DNA of 64,000 nt from Acidobacteriota bacterium (GCA_028749115.1 JAQURD010000005.1:17826-81825); one strand, 5' to 3'; counted from the first letter of the stretch, positions 50,259 to 60,396 are shown. The notes: generated by a model not told the origin, from the letters alone. Program-made: numbers and translations.

Positions 50259-51374
50259 ATGGCTAAATATCGGCTGGCAATTCTGCCGGGTGACGGTATA
50301 GGCAAAGAGGTCATAGAGGCGGCCATGATTGTTCTGAAGCGCCTGAACCTTAAAGCTGAATATGTTTATGGCGATATAGGCTGGGAATTCTGGTGCCGTG
50401 AAGGCAACCCGCTGCCTGACCGGACTATTAAACTTTTAAAAGAAACAGATGCCTGTCTTTTCGGGGCAATTACTTCCAAGCCAAAAGAAGATGCTGCGAG
50501 GGAACTTGCCCCTGAATTTCAGGGTAAAGGGCTATCTTACGTCAGCCCGATTGTCAAGCTTCGCCAGCTATTTGATCTCTATATAAATCTCAGGCCATGC
50601 AAAGCTTATCCCGGTAATCCACTTAATTATCGTGACCATATTGACCTGGTTATTGTCAGGGAAAATACAGAGGGAAGCTATGCTGGTGTTGAGTTCTTCC
50701 CCCTGCCCGAAGAGGTCAGGCGGGCTTTGCTGGTCCATCCGAAAATGAAGGATTTTAAAGATGTTTCTGGAGATGAGATAGCTGTTTCTACCCGGATCAT
50801 GACCAAAAAAGGTTGTGAGAGAATTGTCAGAGCGGCTTTTGAATTTGCTCGCCAGAATAACAGGAAATCAGTTACGCTGGTTGAGAAGCCCAATGTTCTA
50901 AGGGAGACTGGCGGCCTGATGCTGCGGGAAGCAAGAAGAGTGGCGGCCGGCTATCCTGATATTAAGTTTTTTGAAGCCAATGTAGATGCCATGTGCATGT
51001 GGTTAATCAAAAATCCTCAGGATTATGATGTGCTGGTGGCCGAGAACCTCTTCGGCGATATAATTTCTGATCTGGCTGCTCAGCTGGTTGGGGGCCTGGG
51101 TTTTGCCTGTGCCGGCAATATTGGAGACAAATATGCCGTCTTTGAGCCGACTCACGGCTCAGCTCCTAAGTACACTGGCCTTTACAAAGTTAATCCGACG
51201 GCCACTTTGCTGGCGGTTAAAATGATGCTGGACTGGCTCGGGGAGACAAATCTGGCCAGGACGCTCGAACAGGCCATAGCTGAAGTCATTAAGGAAGGAA
51301 AAGTCAGGACATATGATATGGGTGGCTCAGCCAAGACACTGGAGATAGCCGAAGCCGTGGCGGCCAGGCTCTAG
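50259..51374 (+). CDS. Isocitrate/isopropylmalate dehydrogenase family protein (NAD(P)-dependent beta-decarboxylating dehydrogenase)
   Basis: LPGDGIGKEV N-terminus, …VRENTEGSYAG…, …LFGDIISDLAA…GGLG… motifs. At 371 aa this is short-form IDH/IPMDH-like, and the substrate cannot be assigned from sequence alone. Confidence 0.8.
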   Translation: MAKYRLAILPGDGIGKEVIEAAMIVLKRLNLKAEYVYGDIGWEFWCREGNPLPDRTIKLLKETDACLFGAITSKPKEDAARELAPEFQGKGLSYVSPIVKLRQLFDLYINLRPCKAYPGNPLNYRDHIDLVIVRENTEGSYAGVEFFPLPEEVRRALLVHPKMKDFKDVSGDEIAVSTRIMTKKGCERIVRAAFEFARQNNRKSVTLVEKPNVLRETGGLMLREARRVAAGYPDIKFFEANVDAMCMWLIKNPQDYDVLVAENLFGDIISDLAAQLVGGLGFACAGNIGDKYAVFEPTHGSAPKYTGLYKVNPTATLLAVKMMLDWLGETNLARTLEQAIAEVIKEGKVRTYDMGGSAKTLEIAEAVAARL

Positions 51375-51411
51375 CTTTAACTGCCTGAAAGGGTGGCTAA
51401 CTGGATAGAAG

Positions 51412-52110
51412 ATGCTTGTTCTCAGCCTGGATACCACGACCAGTTATGGTTCGGTAGCTCTTGTCTCAGAAAAAAAGCTTATAGCCGAAATAAATTATTT
51501 ATCGCCATCAACTCATTCGCGCCAGGTGTTTGAGGCTCTGGAGCTAGTCCTTAAGATTTCAGGTAAGAGCTTGAATGAACTGGATGGACTGGCCATAGCG
51601 TCTGGCCCTGGTTCTTTTACTGGAATCAGAATAGGGCTGAGCCTGGCCAAAGCCTTAGCTCTGGCTTCTGGCCTGCCGGTCGCGGCCGTTTCTTCTCTTC
51701 AGGCGCTGGCCATGAAATTGATTTTGCCCGGGGTTAGAATGATTTCGCCTTTAATAGATGCCAGGAAAGGCCAGGTCTTTGCCTGTGTTTATCAAGTCGA
51801 GAATTCAAGACTCAAAGAAATTTTGCCGGCCGGGGTTTATGAACCAGAACAATTTTTAGCCATGATTCCTGGAGGACAGCCTGTTTATTTTATCGGGACC
51901 GGGGCTGATGCGTATCTTCCATTGATTAAGAATAAACTTGGCCAGCAAGCAGTTATGGAGGAGAGAAGTTATTATTTAGCGGCTGAAATCGGCCGGCTGG
52001 GTGAATCCATCTTGAGTCAGGGAAAAGGCCTGAAGCCGGGACAGATTGAGCCGGTTTATTACCGGCCGTCCCAGGTGGAGGAGAAAAAAACTGATCGAAC
52101 CAAAGACTAG
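51412..52110 (+). CDS. tsaB: tRNA threonylcarbamoyladenosine biosynthesis protein TsaB (YeaZ)
   Basis: MLVLSLDTTTSYGSVAL… (inactive Kae1/YgjD paralog pattern, a TsaD-like fold lacking the catalytic residues) and 232 aa. Followed by rimI, as is typical. Confidence 0.8.
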   Translation: MLVLSLDTTTSYGSVALVSEKKLIAEINYLSPSTHSRQVFEALELVLKISGKSLNELDGLAIASGPGSFTGIRIGLSLAKALALASGLPVAAVSSLQALAMKLILPGVRMISPLIDARKGQVFACVYQVENSRLKEILPAGVYEPEQFLAMIPGGQPVYFIGTGADAYLPLIKNKLGQQAVMEERSYYLAAEIGRLGESILSQGKGLKPGQIEPVYYRPSQVEEKKTDRTKD

Positions 52111-52129
52111 CCAGCTTCTATTCCGCCGG

Positions 52130-52561
52130 ATGAGACCGGAAGACCTGCCAGGAGTTCTGACTATAGAAAAACTCTGTTTTTCTAATCCCTGGAGCCGCGA
52201 TACTTTTCTCGGTGAAATTCAAAACAAGGCGATATCTTTTCCCTTGGTGGCTATTCATCTTGAAGACCGGAAGATTATTGGTTATATCATTTTCTGGTTA
52301 ATAGGTGGTGAAGCTCAGATTAACAATGTGGCTATCCATCCTGACTATCAGGGAAAAGGCTATGGCGAACTGGCCATGAGATATGTTCTGGACCGGCTGC
52401 GCGAAAATAAAGCTCATCTGGTTACTCTTGAGGTTAGAACTTCCAACCATCCGGCTGTTTCTTTATATCGCAAGCTTGGATTTGATATAATGGGCCGGCG
52501 GCAGGATTATTATACAAATCCTGTTGAAGATGCTTATCTGATGGGCTTGAGCCTGAATTAG
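52130..52561 (+). CDS. rimI: Ribosomal-protein-alanine N-acetyltransferase RimI (GNAT)
   Basis: GNAT acetyl-CoA motif (…NVAIHPDYQGKGYGELAM…) and synteny with tsaB. Start is uncertain: the ATG at 52130 was chosen, and the ORF track extends to a TTG at 52046 that overlaps tsaB. Confidence 0.7.
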   Translation: MRPEDLPGVLTIEKLCFSNPWSRDTFLGEIQNKAISFPLVAIHLEDRKIIGYIIFWLIGGEAQINNVAIHPDYQGKGYGELAMRYVLDRLRENKAHLVTLEVRTSNHPAVSLYRKLGFDIMGRRQDYYTNPVEDAYLMGLSLN

Positions 52562-52574
52562 CTGTTCTTCTTTT

Positions 52575-53378
52575 TTAATAATTTACCTGCACTAAATAAA
52601 GGCCTTTAGCCGGAGCAGTCGGACTCAGCCGGGTTCTTTTTTTACCTTGAAAAAGTTCTTCTATCCCCCCGGGAGTGAGTTTGTTGCGCCCGGCCATGAG
52701 GAGTGTTCCAGCGATCGTCCTTACCATATGGCGGAGGAAACCATTGGCTTCAATCGAAAAGACTAATTCCTGACCTGTGTCTTCAAGTTCTGAATGATAA
52801 ACATGTCTGACCGGATTTTGATAATAGCCGGAAGAGAAGGCGGTAAAATCATCCTGCCGCTGGAAAAGCCGGGCGGCCTGTTGCATAGCTTCTTTATTCA
52901 ATCCATGCGGGTAATGGAAGACATAGCGATAGTCAAATGGGTTGAGAACCTGAGAAGTATTAATCCGGTAACGATAAACCTTAGAGCGGGCGGATTTTCG
53001 CGCCTGGAAATCAGGTGAGGCTCGAGTGACCGCCATAATTCTAATATCAGGGGGCAACAGAGCGTTAAGAGCCCGCTGAAGATCAGGTTCGGTTAAACGG
53101 CAGTTAGCCCTGAAATTAGCCACCTGGCCCAGGGCATGAACACCTGCATCAGTCCGGCCGGCAGCCTGCAGGTTAACTGGCTGGCCGGTCAGGCGCCTGA
53201 GAGCATCTTCTATGATCCCCTGAATGGAAGCTTTGCCTGGCTGCCGCTGCCACCCATGATAATTGGTCCCATCGTAAGAGATCAATAATTTGAAGTTATC
53301 GACGGATGGCGAGATGAGAGGCATTGAAGCTTCCTGGCCCCCGCCTTCGGGGCATGTCAAGACTTGTTCGTTCTCCAT
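52575..53378 (-). CDS. truA: tRNA pseudouridine(38-40) synthase TruA
   Basis: …YDGTNYHGWQRQPG… and the catalytic Asp region (…GRTDAGVHALGQV…); 267 aa. Confidence 0.9.
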   Translation of the reverse strand: MENEQVLTCPEGGGQEASMPLISPSVDNFKLLISYDGTNYHGWQRQPGKASIQGIIEDALRRLTGQPVNLQAAGRTDAGVHALGQVANFRANCRLTEPDLQRALNALLPPDIRIMAVTRASPDFQARKSARSKVYRYRINTSQVLNPFDYRYVFHYPHGLNKEAMQQAARLFQRQDDFTAFSSGYYQNPVRHVYHSELEDTGQELVFSIEANGFLRHMVRTIAGTLLMAGRNKLTPGGIEELFQGKKRTRLSPTAPAKGLYLVQVNY

Positions 53379-53399
53379 TTGCCTGCCTCGCTTAAGACT

Positions 53400-53873
53400 T
53401 TATTCTTTTTCAACTGCCAGAGCCAGATCGACAGCTTCCCTTGCTGAGCTGGCTGGTATTACTCCTTCAATTTTCCACGTATTTATGCCTATAACTTTTT
53501 TATTATAGATCCGGGCGAAGGCTATTTCACTCAGGGTGCCATATTCTCCGTCTATGGCAATAACGCTCCCGGCGTTCAGGACAACCAGGGAATTCCGGCT
53601 AAAACCGATGCCTGTGGCCAGACTGAGATCAATAAAAGGATTAGCTTCTTCCAGCCTCGTCCCGGGCAAAATACCTATGGTCAGACCGCCAGCTTCTTTT
53701 GCTCCCCGGGCGGCTGCTTCCATAATGCCTGTTAGCCCTCCACAGATTAGAATGGCGCCCTGTTCAGCCAGTAATCGTCCTGTTTCGTAAGCGATTTTCA
53801 ATGACTCATTATCCGGTTTATGACCTCCGATGACTGCCACCCGCTGGCTTTCTCTTAAGCTTTTCTTAATCAA
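53400..53873 (-). CDS. TIGR00725 / LOG-family (SLOG-type Rossmann) protein
   Basis: …VIGGHKPDNESLKIAYETGRLLAEQGAILICGG…TGIMEAAARGA… and the PGxxR…E pattern typical of the LOG/TIGR00725 fold; 157 aa. Confidence 0.6.
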   Translation of the reverse strand: MIKKSLRESQRVAVIGGHKPDNESLKIAYETGRLLAEQGAILICGGLTGIMEAAARGAKEAGGLTIGILPGTRLEEANPFIDLSLATGIGFSRNSLVVLNAGSVIAIDGEYGTLSEIAFARIYNKKVIGINTWKIEGVIPASSAREAVDLALAVEKE

Positions 53874-54002
53874 GGTGAGTATCCTTTCGCCACCTGTATT
53901 ATCAGCTAAATAGAAACCTTTAAGTCAGGCCTGAAATCAAAAATACCATAGCCATTGTTTCATTTCAAAGTTTAACTATTTTTCAAACAAATCTAAGGAA
54001 AA

Positions 54003-54032
54003 TTGACTAAAGATAAGTAAATATGATATCAA
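54003..54032 (+). promoter_or_regulatory. Candidate sigma-70 promoter upstream of the mglA-like gene (TTGACT-N18-TATCAA)
   Basis: Hexamers read from the sequence; weak -10. Not validated. Confidence 0.3.
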
Positions 54033-54050
54033 TATTTCCAGGGTGAAAAA

Positions 54051-54908
54051 ATGGCCTATGTCAATTATGTGACCAAAAACATGGCCATCAAGATTGTTTA
54101 TTATGGCCCGGGTTTAAGCGGCAAAACAACCAATCTCAGATATATTTATTTTAAACTGGAACCAGCCTACCGGGGTGAGCTGGTTTGCCTTGAAACCGCG
54201 GCGGAAAGAACATTCTTCTTTGATCTCCTGCCGATCAAAGCTGGTCTGATTAAGGACTTTAAGGTGCATTTTCAGCTTTTGACTGTCCCCGGACAGGTTT
54301 TTTATGAAGCATCAAGAAAAAGTGTACTCAAGGGAGCAGATGGCCTGGTTTTTGTAGCTGATTCTCAACTGCCGCTTCTTGAGGCCGATATGGAAAGCTT
54401 TGACGGCCTGAGAAAAAACTGCCTTGAGCAGGGGATAGACCTTAACCGGGTTCCTCTTGTTTTTCAATATAATAAAAGGGATTTACCTAATCTGATTCCA
54501 GTTGAGACACTCAACCGCTTGTTGAATTCACGCCATTGCCCTTATGTTGAAGCTGAAGCTATTAACGGGCGCGGGGTGCTGGAGACCCTTAAAGAAGTTG
54601 CCCGTCTGACTGTTCCTGTGGTCAAAGCCAGTATCTTCGATGAAAAACTGCCGGCGGCAGAAGAGTCCATGGAAACGGCACCGGGCACGGCTCAAATGCT
54701 GAGTACTTCTGAGCTCAAGCCAGCAGCCGGAGAATCCGGCTCTAAAAAAAAGACTGGCAAAAAATCAGAGGAAGCTCAGATTGAATTTGTCAAACCTGGC
54801 GATGAGTCGCCCTTTCCAACCACAAAGATTAAAGTTCAATCAATTGAAGATATTGAGCAGGAAATTGCTCGCCTGTCGAAAGAGTTTGGCCTGACCAAGA
54901 AAAAATAA
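54051..54908 (+). CDS. mglA: MglA-family Ras-like small GTPase with a C-terminal low-complexity extension of about 90 aa
   Basis: KIVYYGPGLSGKTTNL P-loop, …TVPGQVFY… switch II and …FQYNKRDLPN… G4 motifs match MglA. The protein is 285 aa, against about 195 aa for canonical MglA. Confidence 0.75.
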   Translation: MAYVNYVTKNMAIKIVYYGPGLSGKTTNLRYIYFKLEPAYRGELVCLETAAERTFFFDLLPIKAGLIKDFKVHFQLLTVPGQVFYEASRKSVLKGADGLVFVADSQLPLLEADMESFDGLRKNCLEQGIDLNRVPLVFQYNKRDLPNLIPVETLNRLLNSRHCPYVEAEAINGRGVLETLKEVARLTVPVVKASIFDEKLPAAEESMETAPGTAQMLSTSELKPAAGESGSKKKTGKKSEEAQIEFVKPGDESPFPTTKIKVQSIEDIEQEIARLSKEFGLTKKK

Positions 54909-54959
54909 AAGGCAGTCTGAGAATTATTGTTCGAGTCAGGCGTCCCTTTTCCAGGGACA

Positions 54960-56474
54960 ATGCTGGTAAGAATTCCAAGTGCTTCTTTACATGGAATAGA
55001 AGCTTATCTGGTAGAAGTTGAGGTTGATATCTCACCCGGGCTGCCAGCCTTTATTATTGTTGGCCTGCCTGATGCTGCTGTCCGGGAAAGCAAAGAAAGA
55101 GTCAGAGCGGCTCTGCGCAATTGCGGTTTTGATTTTCCGGCGAAAAAAATAATCATTAATCTAGCTCCGGCCAGCAGGAAAAAGGAAGGTTCTTCCTTTG
55201 ACCTGCCAGTTGCTCTCGGGTTGCTGGCCTTTTTGGGAGTGGTTAAGGCGGAGAATCTGAGCCAGTTTCTTTTTGTAGGTGAACTGACTCTGGAGGGCAG
55301 TCTTAAGTCGGTCAGAGGCGGACTGCCTTTTTCCCTTCTGGCCGCCGAAAAAAAATTGTCGGGTTTAGTCTTGCCTGAGAAGAACGAGAGGGAGGCCTCC
55401 CTGGTGAGGAATTTGCCCGTCTATGGATTAGAACATCTGCTGGAAGTAATAAAGCTTCTTAATGGCTCGGATGAAATAAAACCTGCCAGTTATTCACTCT
55501 CTGAATTAATGGGAGAAGTCAGGCAGGAAGTGGATTTTTCTGAAGTCAGGGGGCAGCAACAGGCAAAAAGGTCTCTGGAGGTAGCGGCTGCCGGCGGACA
55601 TAATATATTGCTGATCGGACCTCCTGGCTCAGGGAAAACTATGCTGGCCCGGCGGTTGCCAACTATTCTTCCGGATATGGCCTTTGAAGAAATAATTGAA
55701 GTCACCCAGATATACAGTGCAGCTGGAATTTTAGGTGGCAGGGCAGCTATCAGTCAGAGGCCATTTCGGTCGCCACACCACACGATTACCAATACTGGAC
55801 TGGTAGGTGGTGGTAATTTCCCCAGGCCTGGAGAAGTCAGTCTGGCTCATTACGGGGTTTTGTTTATGGATGAATTTCCTGAATTTGGACGCCAGGCTCT
55901 GGAGAGCCTGCGTCAGCCTCTGGAAGATGGGCAGGTAACAATTTCACGGGTGGCCTCCAGTCTGACTTTTCCCTGTTCTTTTATGCTGGTAGCGGCCATG
56001 AATCCCTGTGCTGATGTTTTCTTCGCCTCAGGCCTGGAAGTTAACTGCACCGAGCTTGAAAGAAGAAAATATTATTCAAGATTATCAAAGCCATTGCTGG
56101 ACAGGATTGATATTCAGATAGAGGTGCCGGCGGTCCAATATCAGGATCTAACCGGACGGCCCCCAGGTGAATCTTCAGCCGAAATAAAAAAAAGGGTATC
56201 TGCTGCCAGGAAAATTCAATGGCAGAGATTCAAAGGGCGAAAGATATTTGCCAACTCTCAGATGAACTCTAAGGATTTGCGCCAGTTCTGCCTGGTGGAA
56301 GCTGAAGGCCAGAAACTGTTGGAGGCGGCCATGAAGAGATTCCAGTTCAGTGCCAGGGCCTATGACCGCATTCTAAAAGTGGCCAGGACGATTTCTGATC
56401 TGGCCGGAGAAGAGAAACTGTCAGCTAGGACTATAGGTGAGGCTGTCCAGTATCGCCTTCTGGACGTTTTTTGA
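54960..56474 (+). CDS. YifB/ComM-family Mg-chelatase-like AAA+ ATPase
   Basis: N-terminal Lon-like domain (…EAYLVEVEVDISPGLPAFIIVGLPDAAVRESKERV…), AAA+ Walker A GPPGSGKTMLA and C-terminal Mg-chelatase domain. The ATG at 54960 is chosen over the in-frame TTG at 54927. Confidence 0.85.
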   Translation: MLVRIPSASLHGIEAYLVEVEVDISPGLPAFIIVGLPDAAVRESKERVRAALRNCGFDFPAKKIIINLAPASRKKEGSSFDLPVALGLLAFLGVVKAENLSQFLFVGELTLEGSLKSVRGGLPFSLLAAEKKLSGLVLPEKNEREASLVRNLPVYGLEHLLEVIKLLNGSDEIKPASYSLSELMGEVRQEVDFSEVRGQQQAKRSLEVAAAGGHNILLIGPPGSGKTMLARRLPTILPDMAFEEIIEVTQIYSAAGILGGRAAISQRPFRSPHHTITNTGLVGGGNFPRPGEVSLAHYGVLFMDEFPEFGRQALESLRQPLEDGQVTISRVASSLTFPCSFMLVAAMNPCADVFFASGLEVNCTELERRKYYSRLSKPLLDRIDIQIEVPAVQYQDLTGRPPGESSAEIKKRVSAARKIQWQRFKGRKIFANSQMNSKDLRQFCLVEAEGQKLLEAAMKRFQFSARAYDRILKVARTISDLAGEEKLSARTIGEAVQYRLLDVF

Positions 56475-56524
56475 TAGTATTTGACTTTTGACCTTCTTTT
56501 ATTTATTCTACCCCGTAAAAAAAC

Positions 56525-57877
56525 ATGAGTGTCGAATCCAGGGTAAGTTCCAGCCAGCCAAAAAATCAATTACCGCGGGTCTTTGGCCTGTTTGACGTCA
56601 CTTCGATTGTGATCGGTGGTATTATTGGCTCTGGAATTTTTCTTGTCCCTTACAATATTGCTCAGAATATTCAATCTCCTTTACTGATGCTGGCTGTCTG
56701 GGTGGTCGGCGGATTTTTAAGTTTCCTTGGAGCTCTGAGCCTGGCTGAGCTGGGTGCGGCTATGCCTGAGGCAGGCGGTATTTATGTTTATTTGCGCGAA
56801 GCCTATGGCTCATTTATTTCTTTTCTTTTCGGTTGGACGCTTTTTTTAGTTATTGATTCTGGAGCTATTGCCACCCTGGCTGTAGCTTTTTCCACTAATT
56901 TTCCTTCTTTTATGAATATGTCTCCTCTGGTGAGCAAACTGGTAGCCGTTATTTTTATCATTTTCCTGGCAGCAGTCAATTATTTCGGTGCCCGTCAGGG
57001 CGGAAATCTGCAGAATCTACTAACGGTAATAAAGATAGCGGGCATCGCCGGCATCTGTGCCGCTGTTTTCCTTTCCGGGAAAGGAAATCTGTCTAATTTT
57101 GTTACTCCAGGACCTGGTAAGTTTTCTTTTGATTTACTCAGCAGCTTTGGAGTTGCTTTGATTGCTACTTTCTGGGCTTATAAAGGCTGGGAATCAGCCA
57201 GCTACAGTGCTGGGGAAGTAAAAAATCCAGAAAAAAATCTCCCGCTTGGCATTTTGATTGGATTATTCGGTGTCATTGTTATTTATCTACTGGCTAATCT
57301 GGCTTATCTCTATGTTTTGCCGGTTTCAGCTATGACAGCTTCGAAAGATGGGGTAGCGGCTAATGCCATGAAGATAGCCATCGGACCTATTGGAGCTTAT
57401 ATTATTTCTATAATTATTCTTTTCTCCGTTCTAGGGGCAGCCAACCAGAATATGCTCTGTTCACCCCGGGTTTATTTTGCCATGGCCCGGGACAAATTGT
57501 TTTTTAAATCGATAGCCAGGGTTCATCCTAAATATAAGACTCCGTATGTCTCCATCATCGCTATTAGCCTCTGGAGTATAGTCCTCAGTCTGTCAGGGAC
57601 ATTTCAGCAGCTTTTTACCTATGTGATTTTTGGTGAATGGATCTTTTTTGGCCTGACAATAGCTGCCGTTTTTATTTTACGCCGGAAAAGGCCTGATCTG
57701 CCCCGGCCCTATAAAACCTGGGGCTATCCATTTGCTCCAGCCATTTTCATTCTGGCTGCCCTGGCCATTTCTGTTAATTCTTTGATCAAGCAGTTTTTCA
57801 GTTCAATGGCCGGACTGGGCATTATACTTCTGGGCGTGCCAGCTTATGTGTATTGGAAGAAAAGAGAAAAAGGCTGA
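56525..57877 (+). CDS. Amino acid permease (APC superfamily)
   Basis: Roughly 12 predicted transmembrane segments, a 450-aa length and an N-terminal …GIIGSGIFLVP… motif typical of APC transporters. Confidence 0.8.
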   Translation: MSVESRVSSSQPKNQLPRVFGLFDVTSIVIGGIIGSGIFLVPYNIAQNIQSPLLMLAVWVVGGFLSFLGALSLAELGAAMPEAGGIYVYLREAYGSFISFLFGWTLFLVIDSGAIATLAVAFSTNFPSFMNMSPLVSKLVAVIFIIFLAAVNYFGARQGGNLQNLLTVIKIAGIAGICAAVFLSGKGNLSNFVTPGPGKFSFDLLSSFGVALIATFWAYKGWESASYSAGEVKNPEKNLPLGILIGLFGVIVIYLLANLAYLYVLPVSAMTASKDGVAANAMKIAIGPIGAYIISIIILFSVLGAANQNMLCSPRVYFAMARDKLFFKSIARVHPKYKTPYVSIIAISLWSIVLSLSGTFQQLFTYVIFGEWIFFGLTIAAVFILRRKRPDLPRPYKTWGYPFAPAIFILAALAISVNSLIKQFFSSMAGLGIILLGVPAYVYWKKREKG

Positions 57878-57904
57878 TTGACCTGCCTTCGGGCTGACCG
57901 GCAT

Positions 57905-59179
57905 TTATTCTTTTATGCATCCTTGTTCAACGACTACTTTCCCTTGCTTGATGACTGTTTTAATTGGATTTTTCCCGAGTTCATAAGCCAGATGAAGATA
58001 AGAGGGGAGATCGCATAAGATCAGGTCAAAAGACTTACCAGGCTCAATTGAGCCGGCCTCATCCTGCCGGTCAAGGGCATAGGCGGCATTGATGGTGCAG
58101 GCATTCAGGGCTTCCTCGATGGTCATTTTTAATGTAAAAACTCCCAGCTGCAGCACAAAAAGCATGGAGAACAAATTGGAACTGCCCGGATTGAAATCGC
58201 TGGCCAGAGCGACGATGGTCCCACAGTCGATCAATTCTCTGGCTGGTGCTTTTTTATCCGTCATCAAGAAGAAGGAAACGCCGGGCAGGAGGATAGCCGC
58301 TGTCCGGCTTCCAGCCAGTTTTTCGATGCCGGCCGGCGTGATATTTAGCAGGTGCTCAACCGATCTGGCGCCCAGCTCGACTGCTAGTTCTGTCCCTCCT
58401 ATCGGCACAAATTCATCAGTATGGATTTTAAGCTTGTAACCGAGCTTAATGGCCTGGATGGCAAGTTCTCTGGTCTCGTCGAGATTAAAAACTGTCGGTT
58501 CGCAAAAAATATCAAAAAACTCAGCCAGGTTTGATGCCTTTATTTCTGGCATGAGCTCTTCTTTTAATAATTTGATATAAGAGCTGTGATCGGATTTAAA
58601 TTCAGGGGGTATCTCATGAGCTCCCATAAAAGTCGGCACTATCGAGACTGGCTGGCGGCGGGCCAGGTTTTTCAAGACCCGGAGCTGCTTAAGCTCATCT
58701 TCCCGATTCAGACCATAACCGCTTTTAGCTTCGATAGTCGTTGCTCCATTGAGCAGCATCGTCTCAAGCCTTTTGAGACAGATATCCTCCAGCTCGGGAG
58801 CAGGGATAGCCCGGGTGGCTTCAACCGTGGTTTGGATACCCAGGCCGAGTTCGGCTAACTGCAGATAAGTGTAGCCAGCCAGCCGGAGGGAAAATTCCTT
58901 CGCCCGGTCACCGGCAAAAGGCAGGTGGGTATGACAATCGATGAAGCCGGGTAGTCCAACCAGGCCAGAAGCATCTATGACCCTGGCCTTTCTGGTTAAA
59001 GAGACATTGGCCTTGAAGTCTTTTTCTTTCCCCATAAAGACAATCCGACCGTTTAAAGCAGCCAGCCAGGCTTTTTCTACCAGGCCTGCTTCCCGCATGT
59101 CATTTTTAGTTTTAGGTTTTTCACCGGCACAGGTCACTAACTGTGAAATGTTGGTGACAACAGCATCAGCGTAAATCAT
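57905..59179 (-). CDS. hutI: Imidazolonepropionase-like amidohydrolase (HutI family)
   Basis: …GFIDCHTHL…, …IHTDEF…, …ASDFNPGSS… metal-binding motifs characteristic of HutI. The ATG at 59179 lies 8 nt after the ftsZ stop. Confidence 0.72.
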   Translation of the reverse strand: MIYADAVVTNISQLVTCAGEKPKTKNDMREAGLVEKAWLAALNGRIVFMGKEKDFKANVSLTRKARVIDASGLVGLPGFIDCHTHLPFAGDRAKEFSLRLAGYTYLQLAELGLGIQTTVEATRAIPAPELEDICLKRLETMLLNGATTIEAKSGYGLNREDELKQLRVLKNLARRQPVSIVPTFMGAHEIPPEFKSDHSSYIKLLKEELMPEIKASNLAEFFDIFCEPTVFNLDETRELAIQAIKLGYKLKIHTDEFVPIGGTELAVELGARSVEHLLNITPAGIEKLAGSRTAAILLPGVSFFLMTDKKAPARELIDCGTIVALASDFNPGSSNLFSMLFVLQLGVFTLKMTIEEALNACTINAAYALDRQDEAGSIEPGKSFDLILCDLPSYLHLAYELGKNPIKTVIKQGKVVVEQGCIKE

Positions 59180-60386
59180 TGGGTGTTTTCCTGATAGCTG
59201 TCTGTCCAATCTGTCTTGTTTTTCTCACAAAAGCCGGGATGTCCAGTTCCTTCCAGTCAACCTCAGACTGACTGGCTTCAACCACTGGCTCCTGCGGTTC
59301 TTTTGGTTCAAAAAGGTAAGGAGGGGTAGGGGTGTTGACAGGCACAGCTGGCTGGGACCTGGTTAGCCTGGTTCTTATTTCTTCAGTAGTAGGACGTCTA
59401 TTTTCCCGGTGATCAAAGCCGGTGGCAATAACTGTAATCTTAATAGCTTCCTTCATGTCTTCGTCCAGAACTGTCCCAAAGATAATATTGGCTTCAGGAT
59501 CAGCCAGGCTGGTTATCAACTGAGAAGCTTTTGAGACTTCATGCAAGGTCATATCTTTTCCGCCAGTCACATTGATCAGGACACCTCTGGCCCCCTCTAT
59601 GGAAGTATCTACGAGGAGAGGACTGCTGATGGCCTTTTGAGCTGCCTCTACTGCCCGGTTTTCGCCGGAAGCCAGGCCTGTCCCCATAAAGGCCATGCCC
59701 ATACCTTTCATAATTGATTTGACATCGGCGAAATCAAGGTTGATGAGACCAGGCCTGGTTATCAAATCAGATATACCCTGAGTAGCCTGGCGTAAAACAT
59801 CGTCGGCCAGCCGGAAGGATTCGGAGATAGAAGTATTGAGATTAACCATTTCTAGCAGTCTTTCGTTCGGGATGGCGATGACAGTGTCTACCACCTCCTT
59901 GAGTTCCTGTAAACCCTCTTCCGCCTGACGGAACCGGACGCGACCCTCAAAAGCAAAAGGCATGGTAACAATGGCAATGACCAGAATATCCAGACTGGCA
60001 GCCAGATTGGCGAGAACTGGTGTAGCCCCGGTACCGGTTCCGCCACCGAGGCCTGTAGTCAGGAAAACCATATCAGCCCCTTCCATTATCTCCGCTAAAC
60101 TCTCAGTGTCTTCTTCTGCTGCCTGACGGCCAACCTTAGGATCGCCGCCTGACCCTAATCCCTTGGTTAATTTACCACCGATCTGAATCTTAACAGATGC
60201 CCGGTTAGTGGAAAGTGCTTGTTTATCCGTGTTAACCGCGATGAAGTCCACCCCTTCAATGCCGGCCTCAATCATCCGGTTGACAGCATTGCCCCCGCCA
60301 CCGCCGATGCCGATGACTTTTATCTTAGCTCCCGAAGATTCTTCAGCCAGATGAAACTTGATTTTACTACCTGCTATTTCTCGCAT
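59166..60386 (-). CDS. ftsZ: Cell division protein FtsZ
   Basis: [13 protein letters not shown] and [10 protein letters not shown] tubulin motifs. The ATG at 60386 has a GGAGGA ribosome-binding site. The ORF track's upstream extension would overlap ftsA. Confidence 0.95.
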   Translation of the reverse strand: MREIAGSKIKFHLAEESSGAKIKVIGIGGGGGNAVNRMIEAGIEGVDFIAVNTDKQALSTNRASVKIQIGGKLTKGLGSGGDPKVGRQAAEEDTESLAEIMEGADMVFLTTGLGGGTGTGATPVLANLAASLDILVIAIVTMPFAFEGRVRFRQAEEGLQELKEVVDTVIAIPNERLLEMVNLNTSISESFRLADDVLRQATQGISDLITRPGLINLDFADVKSIMKGMGMAFMGTGLASGENRAVEAAQKAISSPLLVDTSIEGARGVLINVTGGKDMTLHEVSKASQLITSLADPEANIIFGTVLDEDMKEAIKITVIATGFDHRENRRPTTEEIRTRLTRSQPAVPVNTPTPPYLFEPKEPQEPVVEASQSEVDWKELDIPAFVRKTRQIGQTAIRKTPNDLR

Positions 60387-60396
60387 TTTGTCCTCC

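Noticed and set aside
52046-52129. Longer rimI N-terminus from TTG at 52046 overlapping tsaB by 65 nt
   Set aside because: The overlap is long and no ribosome-binding site precedes the TTG. The ATG at 52130 gives an N-terminus of similar length to characterised RimI, so the shorter model is preferred, though it is uncertain.
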